NCBI GenBank assembly: GCA_022616725.1
Contig: JAKEEH010000463.1
Coordinates: 1 to 56,356, forward strand
DNA from: Limisphaerales bacterium
Lineage (GTDB): Bacteria > Verrucomicrobiota > Verrucomicrobiia > Limisphaerales > JAKEEH01
Length of the DNA stretch: 56,356 nucleotides
Reading direction: 5' to 3'
Made by a program: the position numbers and the translations under genes. The notes under the pieces were generated by a model. That model saw nothing but the letters and a program-made list of their open reading frames with translations. It made no database searches and was not told the DNA's origin. Positions within the stretch are counted from its first letter, which is position 1; every line of letters starts with the position of its first letter. Shown here piece after piece: positions 19,515 through 30,066 of this stretch.

Positions 19515-20048
19515 ATGATGGGAATTGAACTCTGGACCATAGGCCATTCGACTCACAGCGCCGACGATTTCGTCTCTCTCCTGCAGGCCCAGCGCATCGA
19601 GTTGCTGGCCGACGTGCGGCAGTTTCCGGGGTCGCGGCGCTATCCTCATTTTAACCGCGAAGCCCTTAAGGCATCGCTTGCGAAGGCTGGGATTGGTTAC
19701 AAACATTTCGCCGACCTGGGCGGGCGTCGTGTGCCAAAACCTAATTCGCCCAATACCGCCTGGCGCAACGACGCGTTCCGCGGCTATGCCGATTATATGA
19801 CAAGTCCGGAATTCGACCTGGCAATTAACCGTCTGGCAACCACAGCGGCAGAAAAGCGTACCGCCGTGATGTGCGCCGAAGCGCTCTGGTGGCAGTGTCA
19901 CCGCGGGTTGATAGCCGACTACTTCAAAGTTCGCGGCATCACGGTCTGGCACATTCTGCCCGGCGGCAAGATCGAGGAACACCCTTATACATCCGCCGCG
20001 CAGATTGTTAACGGGCGGCTCACCTACGCGGCTCTGCCGCTCACTTGA
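19515..20048 (+). CDS. DUF488 family protein
   Basis: WTIGHST, LADVRQFPGSRR, LGGRR, MCAEALWWQCHR. Confidence 0.9.
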   Translation: MMGIELWTIGHSTHSADDFVSLLQAQRIELLADVRQFPGSRRYPHFNREALKASLAKAGIGYKHFADLGGRRVPKPNSPNTAWRNDAFRGYADYMTSPEFDLAINRLATTAAEKRTAVMCAEALWWQCHRGLIADYFKVRGITVWHILPGGKIEEHPYTSAAQIVNGRLTYAALPLT

Positions 20049-20049
20049 T

Positions 20050-20862
20050 TTACGACTTCCCCTGGTCGTATTCGCCCAGCGGCCGAATCCAAATGTTGCG
20101 GAACCGCACGGGATTACCATGCTCGTAGAGTTCGATGGGGCCTTTCGGCGGGTGCGGCTTGTCGTAATTGCCAAATTGGCGATGGCCTGTGCGGCCAACC
20201 AACTCCGTGCGGTGATGCAACACGCAGCCATTATGTATCACCGTGATCGCGGCCTTGCGCAGCAACTTGCCCGAATCATCCCAACGCGGGCTCTCGAAAA
20301 TAATGTCGTAAGTTTGCCATTCGCCGGGCGGCTTCGATGAGTTCATGCGCGGGGGAAACTGGCCATAGAGCGCGCCCGCCTGCCCGTCGGCATATGTCAC
20401 GTTGTCGTAGGAATCGAGGATTTGCACCTCGTACAAACCGAAAATGTTGACGCCGTTGTTACCGCGTCCCTGTCCTTCACTTTCCACCCTGGACGGCGTC
20501 GCCCACTCCAGGTGCAGTTGAAAATCGCCAAACTCGTCCTTCGTTCGGATGATTCCGGATTTCGGCGTCACCTCCATGTAACCGTTTTCGATCTTCCACG
20601 TCACTTCACTGCCTTTGGCGGATTTCCATTTTGAAAAGTCTTTGCCGTCGAAGAGCACAATCGCGTCCGACGGCGGCGGAGCATCATGAGTGAATCTCGC
20701 GCCCGGTTTCACGATGGGCGGATGCGGGCGATCGCTGTCATGCACGTGCCACTTGGTGCCGGGAATGATCGGCGTGTCCTTGTAACCGGGCTTTTTCGAG
20801 TCTGCCGAAAAAGCCGAAGCAGTGATCAATGCGAGAACCAACGTCAATGGAGTCTTGTTCAT
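20050..20862 (-). CDS. DUF1080 (3-keto-disaccharide hydrolase-like) exported protein
   Basis: Signal peptide MNKTPLTLVL..., PPSDAIVLFDGKD, FGDFQLHLEW, YEVQILDS, GEWQTYDI, VRFRNIWIR. Confidence 0.9.
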   Translation of the reverse strand: MNKTPLTLVLALITASAFSADSKKPGYKDTPIIPGTKWHVHDSDRPHPPIVKPGARFTHDAPPPSDAIVLFDGKDFSKWKSAKGSEVTWKIENGYMEVTPKSGIIRTKDEFGDFQLHLEWATPSRVESEGQGRGNNGVNIFGLYEVQILDSYDNVTYADGQAGALYGQFPPRMNSSKPPGEWQTYDIIFESPRWDDSGKLLRKAAITVIHNGCVLHHRTELVGRTGHRQFGNYDKPHPPKGPIELYEHGNPVRFRNIWIRPLGEYDQGKS

Positions 20863-20942
20863 GCCGCGATTGTTTCCATCACGACGCAAGAAACGCAAGC
20901 CCGCCGTGCTGCCTCTATGCCCCAAAATCGCCGGAACGCACG

Positions 20943-21740
20943 TCAGGTGATCTTCAGTTTCGAAACATCTTCTCGCAGTCCGGGCCACTTCATCCTCAGC
21001 CTGGTCACGGCCGCCACGACGGTCCTGCCAATGACAAAATCGCGGTACCAATTGCGATTTGCCGGCACGATGTGCCACGGCGCCTGTTTGTGGCTCGTCG
21101 CGTTGATCATATCCTCGTACGCCTGCATGTAATCGTCCCATCGCTCACGCGTCTTCAAGTCAGCCGCCGAAAACTTCCAAAGCTTATGCGGTTCCGCCAG
21201 GCGCTCCCTCAGCCGCTCGGCCTGCTCTTCTTTGCTTATGTGCAAATAGAACTTCAGCAGCACGACCTGGTTTTCGACCAGCATTCGCTCGAAGTCCACA
21301 ATCTGGCCGTAACGCTTTCGCCAGACTCCTTCAGGCACGATCTTCAGCACGCGTTCCGCCAGGACGGCCTCGTAATGGGAACGGTTGAACACGCCAAAGT
21401 TTCCGAAACGCGGAATCGCCTTGTGGACGCGCCACAGGAAGTCGTGCGCGCGCTCTTCCTCCGAAGGCACCTTGAAGTTGGCGGTCTCCACCCCAATGGG
21501 ATTCACGTGCTCAAGCACAGAACGGATCGCCCCGTCTTTGCCGCTGGCGTCCATGCCCTGGAAGAGCAGCAGCACGGCATGCCGTGAGTTGGCGTAAAGC
21601 AGTTCCTGCAGCTCACCGACCCGTTCCGCATATTCCTCTGTCTTTTGCTTCGTCTCGTCCTTTTCGAATCCGCCACAGTAGTCGGGATCAAAATCTTTTA
21701 ATCGGATCTTTCTCTTGATCACCAACGGCTGCCCTTTCAC
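20943..21740 (-). CDS. ppk2: Polyphosphate kinase 2 family protein
   Basis: FQGMDASGKDG Walker A, FNRSHYE, KFYLHISKEEQ, WHIVPA. Start uncertain; GTG 21740 chosen. Confidence 0.92.
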   Translation of the reverse strand: MKGQPLVIKRKIRLKDFDPDYCGGFEKDETKQKTEEYAERVGELQELLYANSRHAVLLLFQGMDASGKDGAIRSVLEHVNPIGVETANFKVPSEEERAHDFLWRVHKAIPRFGNFGVFNRSHYEAVLAERVLKIVPEGVWRKRYGQIVDFERMLVENQVVLLKFYLHISKEEQAERLRERLAEPHKLWKFSAADLKTRERWDDYMQAYEDMINATSHKQAPWHIVPANRNWYRDFVIGRTVVAAVTRLRMKWPGLREDVSKLKIT

Positions 21741-22002
21741 GGCGCAACCCAAGCACACTTCGTCCGACCCGCATAGCGAAATCCCTCGGGAGGTCAAGCC
21801 CATGTACCCTTCCAGCGGATGCAATTTAGCCAGCCAAGTACTGACCAACGGACTCCGTCTTCACTCTCAACGCCGCACTTAAACCCAAGACACTGTCCAG
21901 CAACGCGACAGATCACAAAAAAGTTGGCATCAAACTTCAAAAAGCATCACTTGTGCCGATTAAATTCTTGAGTTATGGCGCGCGGTTCAATTTAATCTCG
22001 TC

Positions 22003-23508
22003 GTGGCACAAGGCTTATATATTTCGCAGCGGATGTCCCTGCAACAGGTGCTGGCCCCACAGCTCCAGCAGTCTTTGCAGTTGTTGCAGGCCCCCACCCT
22101 CGAACTCAAAGCCCTCGTCGAACAGGAACTCCAACAAAACCCCGTTCTTGAAGAGGTCCTGGTCGAGGACATGGAGCAGAAGGAAAAGACCGATCGCGAA
22201 GGCGACACCACCATCACGGAGCGCGCCGATCCCGCCGAACCGCCGGCCGATGTCAATTACGACCCCGCCTCCGAGAAGGACGGCGGCAATGACCCCGTGG
22301 ACGATTTCCAGGCCGAATTCGAGCGCCTGACCCAACTCGACCAGGAATGGCGCGACCACTTTGCCCAGACCAACCTGCCCATGCGCCAGTCCGCCGAAGA
22401 CGAAGAGAAGCGCCAGTTCATGTTCGACTCGCTCGTCGCCGGCACCTCCCTCCAGGAAAACCTCATGGAACAGGTCCGGCTCTCCGACCTCGCCGAAGAG
22501 CAGCGGCCCATTGCCGAGATGATCATCGGCAATATCGACGACTACGGCTATCTGAAAACCAGTGTCGATGAATTGGCCTTCTCCACGGGGGTCGCGCCGG
22601 AAAAGATTCTCGAGGTGCTTAAGGTCATCCAATCCTTTCATCCTCCCGGCGTCGGCGCTCGCGATTTGCGCGAATGCCTCATGCTCCAGCTCGAGCGCGA
22701 TCAGCGCCAGGACACCATCGAGTACCGCATCGTTAATGAATTCATGGACGCGTTGGGCAAGCGCCGCCTGCCCGAGATCGCCCGCGGCATCGCCCAGGAT
22801 ATCGAGGAAGTCCAGAAAGCCGTCGCCCGCATCGCTTTGCTCGAGCCCCGTCCCGGCCGCGCTTATCTGCCCGACAACGATCAGTTCATCATGCCGGAAG
22901 TCTTCGTCACCAAAGCCGGCGACGAATTCACCGTCACCACCAATAACGAACAGATCCCTCACCTGCGCATCAGCAACACTTACAAGGACCTGATGGCCCA
23001 GGCCGACAGCTCCACCGAAGTCCGCGATTACATCCGCGAGAAAATCCGCGCCGGAAAATTTCTCATTAAAAGCCTCCAGCAACGGCAGCAAACGATCCTC
23101 AACATCGGCAAGCAGATTGTGAAGCGCCAGCGTGAGTTCATGGAGAAGGGCGTCGCGTTTCTCAAGCCGATGACCATGGTTCAGGTCGCCGAGGTCGTCG
23201 GGGTGCATGAAACCACCGTGAGCCGCGCGGTCTCCGGCAAATACATGCAAACCCCGCAGGGAATTTTCGAGATGAAATACTTTTTCACCTCGGGAATTCA
23301 GACCGCTTCCGGCGAAGGCATGTCCAACACCAGTGTCAAGGACATGATTTCGGAGTTGTTTAAAAAAGAAAATCCCCAGAAGCCCCTCTCCGATCAGGAG
23401 ATCGTCAAGATCCTCGGCGAGAAAGGAATCGTCATTGCCCGCCGCACCGTCGCCAAATATCGCTCCGAACTGAACATCCTGCCTTCCAATCTCCGGAAGG
23501 TCTACTAG
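22003..23508 (+). CDS. rpoN: RNA polymerase sigma-54 factor
   Basis: Gln/Leu-rich region I, PPGVGARDLRECL, HETTVSRA HTH, RpoN box ARRTVAKYR. Confidence 0.97.
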   Translation: MAQGLYISQRMSLQQVLAPQLQQSLQLLQAPTLELKALVEQELQQNPVLEEVLVEDMEQKEKTDREGDTTITERADPAEPPADVNYDPASEKDGGNDPVDDFQAEFERLTQLDQEWRDHFAQTNLPMRQSAEDEEKRQFMFDSLVAGTSLQENLMEQVRLSDLAEEQRPIAEMIIGNIDDYGYLKTSVDELAFSTGVAPEKILEVLKVIQSFHPPGVGARDLRECLMLQLERDQRQDTIEYRIVNEFMDALGKRRLPEIARGIAQDIEEVQKAVARIALLEPRPGRAYLPDNDQFIMPEVFVTKAGDEFTVTTNNEQIPHLRISNTYKDLMAQADSSTEVRDYIREKIRAGKFLIKSLQQRQQTILNIGKQIVKRQREFMEKGVAFLKPMTMVQVAEVVGVHETTVSRAVSGKYMQTPQGIFEMKYFFTSGIQTASGEGMSNTSVKDMISELFKKENPQKPLSDQEIVKILGEKGIVIARRTVAKYRSELNILPSNLRKVY

Positions 23509-23517
23509 AAGAGCCGG

Positions 23518-26500
23518 TCACGGTTTGCCCTGGTTTTCCGGCGGCTTCGGCTGCTCAGGGAACATATCCTTGATCGTCTTGATCGGTTGGAATGGGAAGA
23601 GCAGGATCTTCGGCACGATATACAACGGCTCCGCTTTGGGCTGCGCCAGCGTGCCCGTCACTTCGTACTCGAACATCTTGGTTACCGGCCAAAAGACTTT
23701 GCTGATGACCGCGCCGATGGCCGGCAGGTCCCGCAGCAACTCCGCCTCCATCCGCAAATTCACGTTCTGTTCAAAACCGATGGTTCCCTGCACTTTCATT
23801 CGCATCCCGGTCGCGCGAATCTCCAGATCCCGCGTCGAGATGATGCTGTTGGTGATGAGTAAATTCGCGACCGCCTGCGAGGCGCGGCTGTTGCCCAGCC
23901 CGGGGACGAACGCATTCAGGATCGGCGAGAACAACCCGAACACCGGGATGTCCCAGATCAATCCATCCCGCAGGTGAACGTTCCCGTACCCCGTCCAACT
24001 GTTCCGCTCATCCGAGTTGGCGGACACAACCGTCAGTTCGCCATTGAGCATTCCCTCCAACTGATTAGTGCTGCCTCTGACATCGGTCATGAAGGAATGA
24101 AAATCCACTTCCGCGAGTGAGACTCTGAACGAAAAATCGGTTCCCCGTTTGCGTGGAAAGCTGAAATTTGCATAACCCATCGCGCGGCCTCCATGGAATA
24201 TGCCGTGCATGTTGGTCATCGACATCGTCCGCCCGATCCAATGAATATTTCCGGCGATTTGCTGAAAATTGAATTGCCGCCAGTGAAACGTCCCGCCGGA
24301 GATCTCAAAGTGCAAATCATCCTCATCGCTCCCCTTCTTCAAATCGACCGACCCGTTCAGCCGAATCGTCGGTGAAACGTCGAACACGTAATCCTCCATC
24401 ATCAGCCCCGTTTTCCTGCCAATCGTGCGCGCCACCGCGTGGGGGTTCAAATTGCCAAAAGCATTCGTAAGCCACACTCGCAGTTGCCGGAAATCAATCC
24501 CGATCCCGGGCGCAACGCCTTGCTCATTCGGAGGCCTTTTGATCTGCGGGTTGAGCAGCGCGAGGAACATATTCGTGAAGACCAAATCCGTTGAGGCTTC
24601 GCCGATCGCTTCGCCGCGAAACTTGAAATCCCTGGCCGCGACTTTTGCCACTACCCCGATGTGTTCGGGCTTTCGCCAGTTCCCCCAAACCTCGCCTTCG
24701 ACAAACGGCGGTGTCGTAAAGGCGAAAAATTCAAACGCCTTTTGCTCGGAATCTTTCTTGAAAAGCGGTTTAAACGCATTCGGGTCGATCCGGCTGCGCA
24801 GTTTCCAGTGAAAATCTTTGGTGGCCGGCGTGGACGTGTAATCCCCAACGAATTCACCTTCGGGCCGCCGCAACCGCAACCCGTCGATATGCCAGATTTG
24901 GTTCGTGTAATGAAACGGCGCTCCGGCAGCACTGAAGCTGACATCTTTATAAGAACCGGCGCCGACGTCGAAGTCCCCTGCCAGCGAAACGCTCGCCAGT
25001 AACTCCTTTTGCGCACGCGCGTCCGCGCTCCAATTGGTCCAGGGCGGCAGCGTCAGGCTCCCGTTGGCGCGAAGCTTCGGCGGGCTCTCCCACGAGTAAC
25101 TGCTGAGGAACTTTTGCGCGTTCGTGGTCAACAGCGGCGCGATGCGATGCACGTCAAAGCTGCTCGAGCCCTCAAAGGCTAACTTACGAGACTCAACCTC
25201 CACTCTTGCCTTCGCCAGCGCGTCACCGCCGTAAAGCCCACCCTCAAACGTCGTCATCAACTCCGGCCATGACCAATCAACCTTCAGATGAACGCGATCA
25301 GCCTCCAACCGATCGCTGGAAAGGTTCGATATCGAGCTCTGCGCTGCCAAAGTTATCGACCGCAGCCGCTCCGGCCAGGCGAGATTTGTGGTCAGGAGGC
25401 ACAAGTTGGTTTTTTCCGGTAGTGTACAGCCGAGCTTAAGAGCCACCGCCTCCGCTCGCCCCCATTCAGAGCTTGGAGCAACAAATTGGCACTGGGCTCC
25501 CACGGTGGCGGGAAGCCAATTGGTGAACGGATGCGTCGCTAACAGCTTCATTTCAGCGGTCCCAACCGATCGCGAGCCCGCTTTGAAACCCTTCACGAGC
25601 GCCTTTGCCTCGCTTTGCGCCAGGGCAGCGTTTGTCGGACAGAGTGTCAGCCGCGAGGTGACAAAAGCGTATTCGCCGGTCGCCCACAGTGTTTTGGCGT
25701 TCTTCAATTCGATCCTCAGGTTGGCGTTCGTTGGCCAGCTCCTCGCATATTCGGGCGCCACTTCGAGGTTCAGGCGCACCTCGGATGCCTCTCCCCATTT
25801 CGTGCCTGCCCAGCCTGCGGTCAAGGCCAGGTCGGCCTGACCAGGGTCGCGGGACGCTTTCCCCGGAAACAAACGGGCTGCCAACACAAGGTTGGTTCCA
25901 GAGCCCCACGGCGATGCAACCCCCGGCGCGTTAAACGTAAGATTTGCCTCGAAGCTGCGCAAATCTGCGGCGTCACCTCGAAAAGTGCCCTCGATTTCCG
26001 GTTGCTCGGCAAAGTTCAACTGCGCGGCAATGCGAACGATCTTTTCCCAAAGATCCGGCCCGGGCGGGCGCGGCCGCCGAGGACGCCGGATGCGCCAATC
26101 CCGGATCAGGGAACCATTCGTGATTACGCCGTTAAAACTGACCTGCGCGCCCAGCAAATTCCCTTCGAGAAACCGCAGACGCCATTCGTCGTTCGGCAAA
26201 AAACTCAACTCGCCAGCAACGTCATTCAGTGTGAACGGCCGACGCGTTTCGCCCGGCCGGCTGAGAGGCCACACCAGGCGGCCACCCGCCAAACGAAATG
26301 AGTTTACATCGAGCTTCAGGTGAGTGAAGGCCTCAAAATTCAGCCCGCACTCGGCGCGCTGCACGAACAGATTGGGTCCTTGCAGACCGTTGGTGCGGCG
26401 CAAGTGCAGGTCGTCCGCCACGATGCCTTGGGGCCAGAGCAGGCGCACGCGGCTGAACTCGATCTCCCATCCCGTCGCCCGCGCCTGGTTGATGAGTCGC

Positions 26501-26670
26501 TGCTTGAGAAACTCCGGCAGACCGACCTTGTTCAGGAAGAAACCCGTCAATACAACCAGGAAAGCCGCCAGGAGCACCAGGATTCGAAACCACCGGAAGC
26601 TTGTTCTCAGAATACGCTTCCACTTCGGGCGGCGGGCGAGCGGCTCAACGTTCGCGCACTTTCGCTTCAC
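23518..26670 (-). CDS. AsmA-like/YhdP-type bridge-like envelope protein
   Basis: One N-terminal TM anchor, about 1000 aa of beta-rich sequence, AsmA-like C-terminus (GNVHLRDGLIW...YEVTGTLAQP). Confidence 0.72.
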   Translation of the reverse strand: MKRKCANVEPLARRPKWKRILRTSFRWFRILVLLAAFLVVLTGFFLNKVGLPEFLKQRLINQARATGWEIEFSRVRLLWPQGIVADDLHLRRTNGLQGPNLFVQRAECGLNFEAFTHLKLDVNSFRLAGGRLVWPLSRPGETRRPFTLNDVAGELSFLPNDEWRLRFLEGNLLGAQVSFNGVITNGSLIRDWRIRRPRRPRPPGPDLWEKIVRIAAQLNFAEQPEIEGTFRGDAADLRSFEANLTFNAPGVASPWGSGTNLVLAARLFPGKASRDPGQADLALTAGWAGTKWGEASEVRLNLEVAPEYARSWPTNANLRIELKNAKTLWATGEYAFVTSRLTLCPTNAALAQSEAKALVKGFKAGSRSVGTAEMKLLATHPFTNWLPATVGAQCQFVAPSSEWGRAEAVALKLGCTLPEKTNLCLLTTNLAWPERLRSITLAAQSSISNLSSDRLEADRVHLKVDWSWPELMTTFEGGLYGGDALAKARVEVESRKLAFEGSSSFDVHRIAPLLTTNAQKFLSSYSWESPPKLRANGSLTLPPWTNWSADARAQKELLASVSLAGDFDVGAGSYKDVSFSAAGAPFHYTNQIWHIDGLRLRRPEGEFVGDYTSTPATKDFHWKLRSRIDPNAFKPLFKKDSEQKAFEFFAFTTPPFVEGEVWGNWRKPEHIGVVAKVAARDFKFRGEAIGEASTDLVFTNMFLALLNPQIKRPPNEQGVAPGIGIDFRQLRVWLTNAFGNLNPHAVARTIGRKTGLMMEDYVFDVSPTIRLNGSVDLKKGSDEDDLHFEISGGTFHWRQFNFQQIAGNIHWIGRTMSMTNMHGIFHGGRAMGYANFSFPRKRGTDFSFRVSLAEVDFHSFMTDVRGSTNQLEGMLNGELTVVSANSDERNSWTGYGNVHLRDGLIWDIPVFGLFSPILNAFVPGLGNSRASQAVANLLITNSIISTRDLEIRATGMRMKVQGTIGFEQNVNLRMEAELLRDLPAIGAVISKVFWPVTKMFEYEVTGTLAQPKAEPLYIVPKILLFPFQPIKTIKDMFPEQPKPPENQGKP

Positions 26671-26712
26671 TTATCGTACTTCCCATGGTCCCGAATTGCT
26701 CGCCAGCGCTTT

Positions 26713-28548
26713 TTACTGATCCACGGCGGCCTGGCTCGATCGAGGCGGCGGATTGCTCAGATCACGAATGAGTCCAAGATATACCGCCAGCGGAAACTCA
26801 AAAATCCAGTTCTGACCGTCAATCGCCGCCAGCGCATAAGGATACAGTGAGGGAGCCTTGCCGCCAAACTCCACAGCCAGATTCTGTGGCTTGTCTCCAT
26901 TCTTCAATTCGAGGGTGATTTTATATCCTTCTCCCGTAAAACCAAACTCCGCCTTCTGTTCGTCACCGCGGGCGACCCATACGGTCGCGCGCAATTCGCT
27001 GAGCTGGTGCAATGCTTCATCCACCGCTTCACTGACGATCACTCCTTCTGATCCCGGCGCCAGTGTCCATGCGCCTGCAGCGTTCCGCACCAATTGCCGT
27101 GTGTAGCCGTTATGCCGGACACTGACGCGCGTAACCTGGTTCGTGCTGAACGACCACACGCGACGGTCGCGCAATTGCCAGGAGGCATACGGCACTGCCG
27201 CCACCTCGGAAACCGGAACGGTATAGACCGACTTGTCTTCCGCCCCGCGCGCGTACACCGCGTCTCCTCGTTTCATCCCAAGGTCAAGCTGAGCCAGTAG
27301 ACGGTTGGTAACCTGGCCCGACAAATTAGTGATGGTGCTTTTCAGAGAATAGCGGCGGGCGAATGGCTCCAGCCCGTAGGTGGCAAAGTCCGTCACGACA
27401 TCCTTTTCGACGGTGCCTTCCAGCTTGCCCAGCCGGATCAAGCAATCTCTCATGATGTCCGAGTCGGCAAGCGTGCCGTGAGCATCCAGGACGACCCACG
27501 CGCCGTTGAACTGCCGCCGCACGCTGAAGGTTTCGCCGCCGGCATTCGCCACCTCCACTGTATCGACCGCTTCTGGCGCGACCGAAACCAACCGTCGATC
27601 GCGCAATTCGGCCGCCGGAATCTGCAGGGCGTCCACGACCGATTTCGGCACGAGCATTACGTGAGGGCGGCCTGCGCGCCGGAAAAACACCTGCGCCGCG
27701 TCATTCGTCGGACTCTTGCCGAATTGAAATACAGCCGCGTCGTTCGTACCCAACCCGAAAACCAACTCCGTCTCGGGCGGCTGCAGTCCAAAGGTGTCAA
27801 AATCGTCGCGCGGGTGATCACTCACGTATTGAGAAATTCGCGCAGCCCGAATGTTTTGAATCAAATGAAGCACTTTGGCCGTATGCGCGCGCGCCAGAAT
27901 AGGCTTTGTCAGCAAATAAATCTTATTCGTCGGATCAGCCTGTATGGCAAAACTGCGCGCCGCGGACCGCACCTCAATCCGGTCAAAATTCAATCCCGCA
28001 AATGTGATCAGCGTCGGGTCCCGCCAGTCGTTGGCGACCCGAGGGATCTGATCGAGGATATCGGCGCCAACCACATGCACGCCCGGTGAATTATTAACCT
28101 GCACATAAATCTGATCCCCGACCGCGGTTTTCGAGCCGAACAGGATTTCGAGGCGCTGGGCACCCTGCTGGAGCGTGATCGTGGCCACAGGCACATCCAG
28201 GCCGTAAGCGGCCACGGAGCGTTTGGCCTGGGCCAACTCCTCGAGCGAAATCAGAGTCTGGCTCCGCAAACTGGAGAGGGAGCGAAGGAACGCTTCAATG
28301 GTATGGGGTTGGGCAGAATAAGCCAGCGGCGCGGTGAGACTCCAGAGGCCGTTCGTGCGCTCGACGCGGAGCAGAAACTGGTTCGTGCGCCGAATCTGAA
28401 TCGCCGAGACCTCGGTAGCCTTCACAGGCACCAGCGCCGGGGGAGCGGCCGGATTGGCCGTGCTCTTGTGTCGTTCCTCGTAAAAGTAAATGAAACCGAA
28501 CAGCAGTCCGGCGCAAACAAGCAGCGCGCAAGTCGTCTTCCAGTTCAT
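26713..28548 (-). CDS. DUF4340 domain protein (three internal repeats)
   Basis: N-terminal TM; repeated YGL/FGL-P and WRDPTL/LRDRRL/LRDRRV units; lies downstream of a GldG-like gene. Confidence 0.8.
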   Translation of the reverse strand: MNWKTTCALLVCAGLLFGFIYFYEERHKSTANPAAPPALVPVKATEVSAIQIRRTNQFLLRVERTNGLWSLTAPLAYSAQPHTIEAFLRSLSSLRSQTLISLEELAQAKRSVAAYGLDVPVATITLQQGAQRLEILFGSKTAVGDQIYVQVNNSPGVHVVGADILDQIPRVANDWRDPTLITFAGLNFDRIEVRSAARSFAIQADPTNKIYLLTKPILARAHTAKVLHLIQNIRAARISQYVSDHPRDDFDTFGLQPPETELVFGLGTNDAAVFQFGKSPTNDAAQVFFRRAGRPHVMLVPKSVVDALQIPAAELRDRRLVSVAPEAVDTVEVANAGGETFSVRRQFNGAWVVLDAHGTLADSDIMRDCLIRLGKLEGTVEKDVVTDFATYGLEPFARRYSLKSTITNLSGQVTNRLLAQLDLGMKRGDAVYARGAEDKSVYTVPVSEVAAVPYASWQLRDRRVWSFSTNQVTRVSVRHNGYTRQLVRNAAGAWTLAPGSEGVIVSEAVDEALHQLSELRATVWVARGDEQKAEFGFTGEGYKITLELKNGDKPQNLAVEFGGKAPSLYPYALAAIDGQNWIFEFPLAVYLGLIRDLSNPPPRSSQAAVDQ

Positions 28549-28551
28549 GGC

Positions 28552-30066
28552 TCAATGACGGCGCTGGACCCAAACGATGGCGCCCAACAACAAAACCGTC
28601 CCAGGCATCCCTAACAACAACATTAGACGCGCCGCAGTCACCTGCGATTTAGTCATGATTAATCGAAATTCCGGGATGGGCTTGGCGGCGAGCGATCCCA
28701 GCAATTCCGACCGGTCGAGGAGCCAATTGATTGCCAGCGTGGCAAAATCGCGATTGGCCGCTGAATCCAGCATGTTGTTTCCCAGGAAAATTGAGTCGCC
28801 CACCGCGACCATCCGCGTGGTGCCTCGCTCTGAGGTCAGCCCCGGGAGCTTGCCCTTCTCCACCGCCACCGCGATGGAGATATTGGTCCGCAGATCGCCG
28901 GGGCTTGGCATCGGAATGCCATTTTTGTCAAAGTCAGTGTTTAGAGTGGCGCTGGAAGACGTGAAAACCACCTCGGTCACAACCGGCGCACCGGCTTTGG
29001 TGGCAACGCGGTCCGATTTACGCAACGAGCGCGGCAGCATCACGTGCAGACTGGAGTTGACCAGCGGCGCCGTGATGGGGTGTGTGCTGAAATCACTGAT
29101 CCTCAGGTCGTTGCCATCCACGGAATGCGCAATGTCCCGCGCGGCGTCGCGCCCGACCAAAACCCCCCATTCGCCCAGCACGCGCTCCAGTCCGATGTCC
29201 CGCGTCGCCGAAAATATGTTGAACATCACCAGCGCCCGCCCGCCGTTGTTCAGATAAGCTTGTATTCTTTCGAGTTCTGGCTCGCTCAAGCGGTGTCTCG
29301 GGCCCGCGATTATCAAGAGACTGCAATCGGAGGGAATGTCATTCGTCCCCAACGTGGAGAAAACGGACCATTCGACGTTATTGTCCTTCAAAATTCCGGC
29401 AAACTTCGAAAAGCCCATCTGCGAATCGGTGCCGTCACGCCCTTCCACCACGTGTTCCCCGTGCCCGGTCAAAAAATAGGCCTTGAGCGAACGCGCGCTG
29501 GTGATGCTGTAAATGGCGGACGTAAACAGCAGTTCGCCCTTAAAAGAACTGCGCCGCACTTCCCGGCTCTTGCCCGACATCAGCGGCTCAAGGTCCAGGT
29601 CGGACAGTTCCCTTTCATGGACGATCTTGTAGCGGCCATTGCAATCGAAGATCACAATGTTCTTATCCGTGGGCCCGGAGAGCTTATATTTGAGTTTCAC
29701 CAATTGTGCCCCGGCGGGATCTCGGGTGTAATCGACCGTCTCCACTCCGATGCGCCCGTTGGCAAACTTATATTCCTGCAACAGATCATTGACCATGTCG
29801 TATAACGACGAGGTGTCCTGGCGATCGTAATAAACTATGACGTGAATATTGTTCGTCACCGATTGCAGAATCCGCTTGGTTTGGGGGCTCAGTTCGTTCT
29901 GCGCGAAATTGGAGATCGGAATGCGCCGGTAATGTCTGGCCCCTAAATAGTTGGCCATGGTCACTACGGCAATCAGGGCCAGCACCGACAGGAACACATT
30001 CAGGCTGATCGTCCATCGGCGAGCCAGGGAAAAGCTGGGCGGCGGCGATTTCGACTTCATGCTCAT
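28552..30066 (-). CDS. GldG-like ABC auxiliary component
   Basis: N- and C-terminal TMs, LSPQTKRIL, YFLTGHGE, LIIAGP, VAVGDSIF, ANRDF..INWL. Confidence 0.85.
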   Translation of the reverse strand: MSMKSKSPPPSFSLARRWTISLNVFLSVLALIAVVTMANYLGARHYRRIPISNFAQNELSPQTKRILQSVTNNIHVIVYYDRQDTSSLYDMVNDLLQEYKFANGRIGVETVDYTRDPAGAQLVKLKYKLSGPTDKNIVIFDCNGRYKIVHERELSDLDLEPLMSGKSREVRRSSFKGELLFTSAIYSITSARSLKAYFLTGHGEHVVEGRDGTDSQMGFSKFAGILKDNNVEWSVFSTLGTNDIPSDCSLLIIAGPRHRLSEPELERIQAYLNNGGRALVMFNIFSATRDIGLERVLGEWGVLVGRDAARDIAHSVDGNDLRISDFSTHPITAPLVNSSLHVMLPRSLRKSDRVATKAGAPVVTEVVFTSSSATLNTDFDKNGIPMPSPGDLRTNISIAVAVEKGKLPGLTSERGTTRMVAVGDSIFLGNNMLDSAANRDFATLAINWLLDRSELLGSLAAKPIPEFRLIMTKSQVTAARLMLLLGMPGTVLLLGAIVWVQRRH

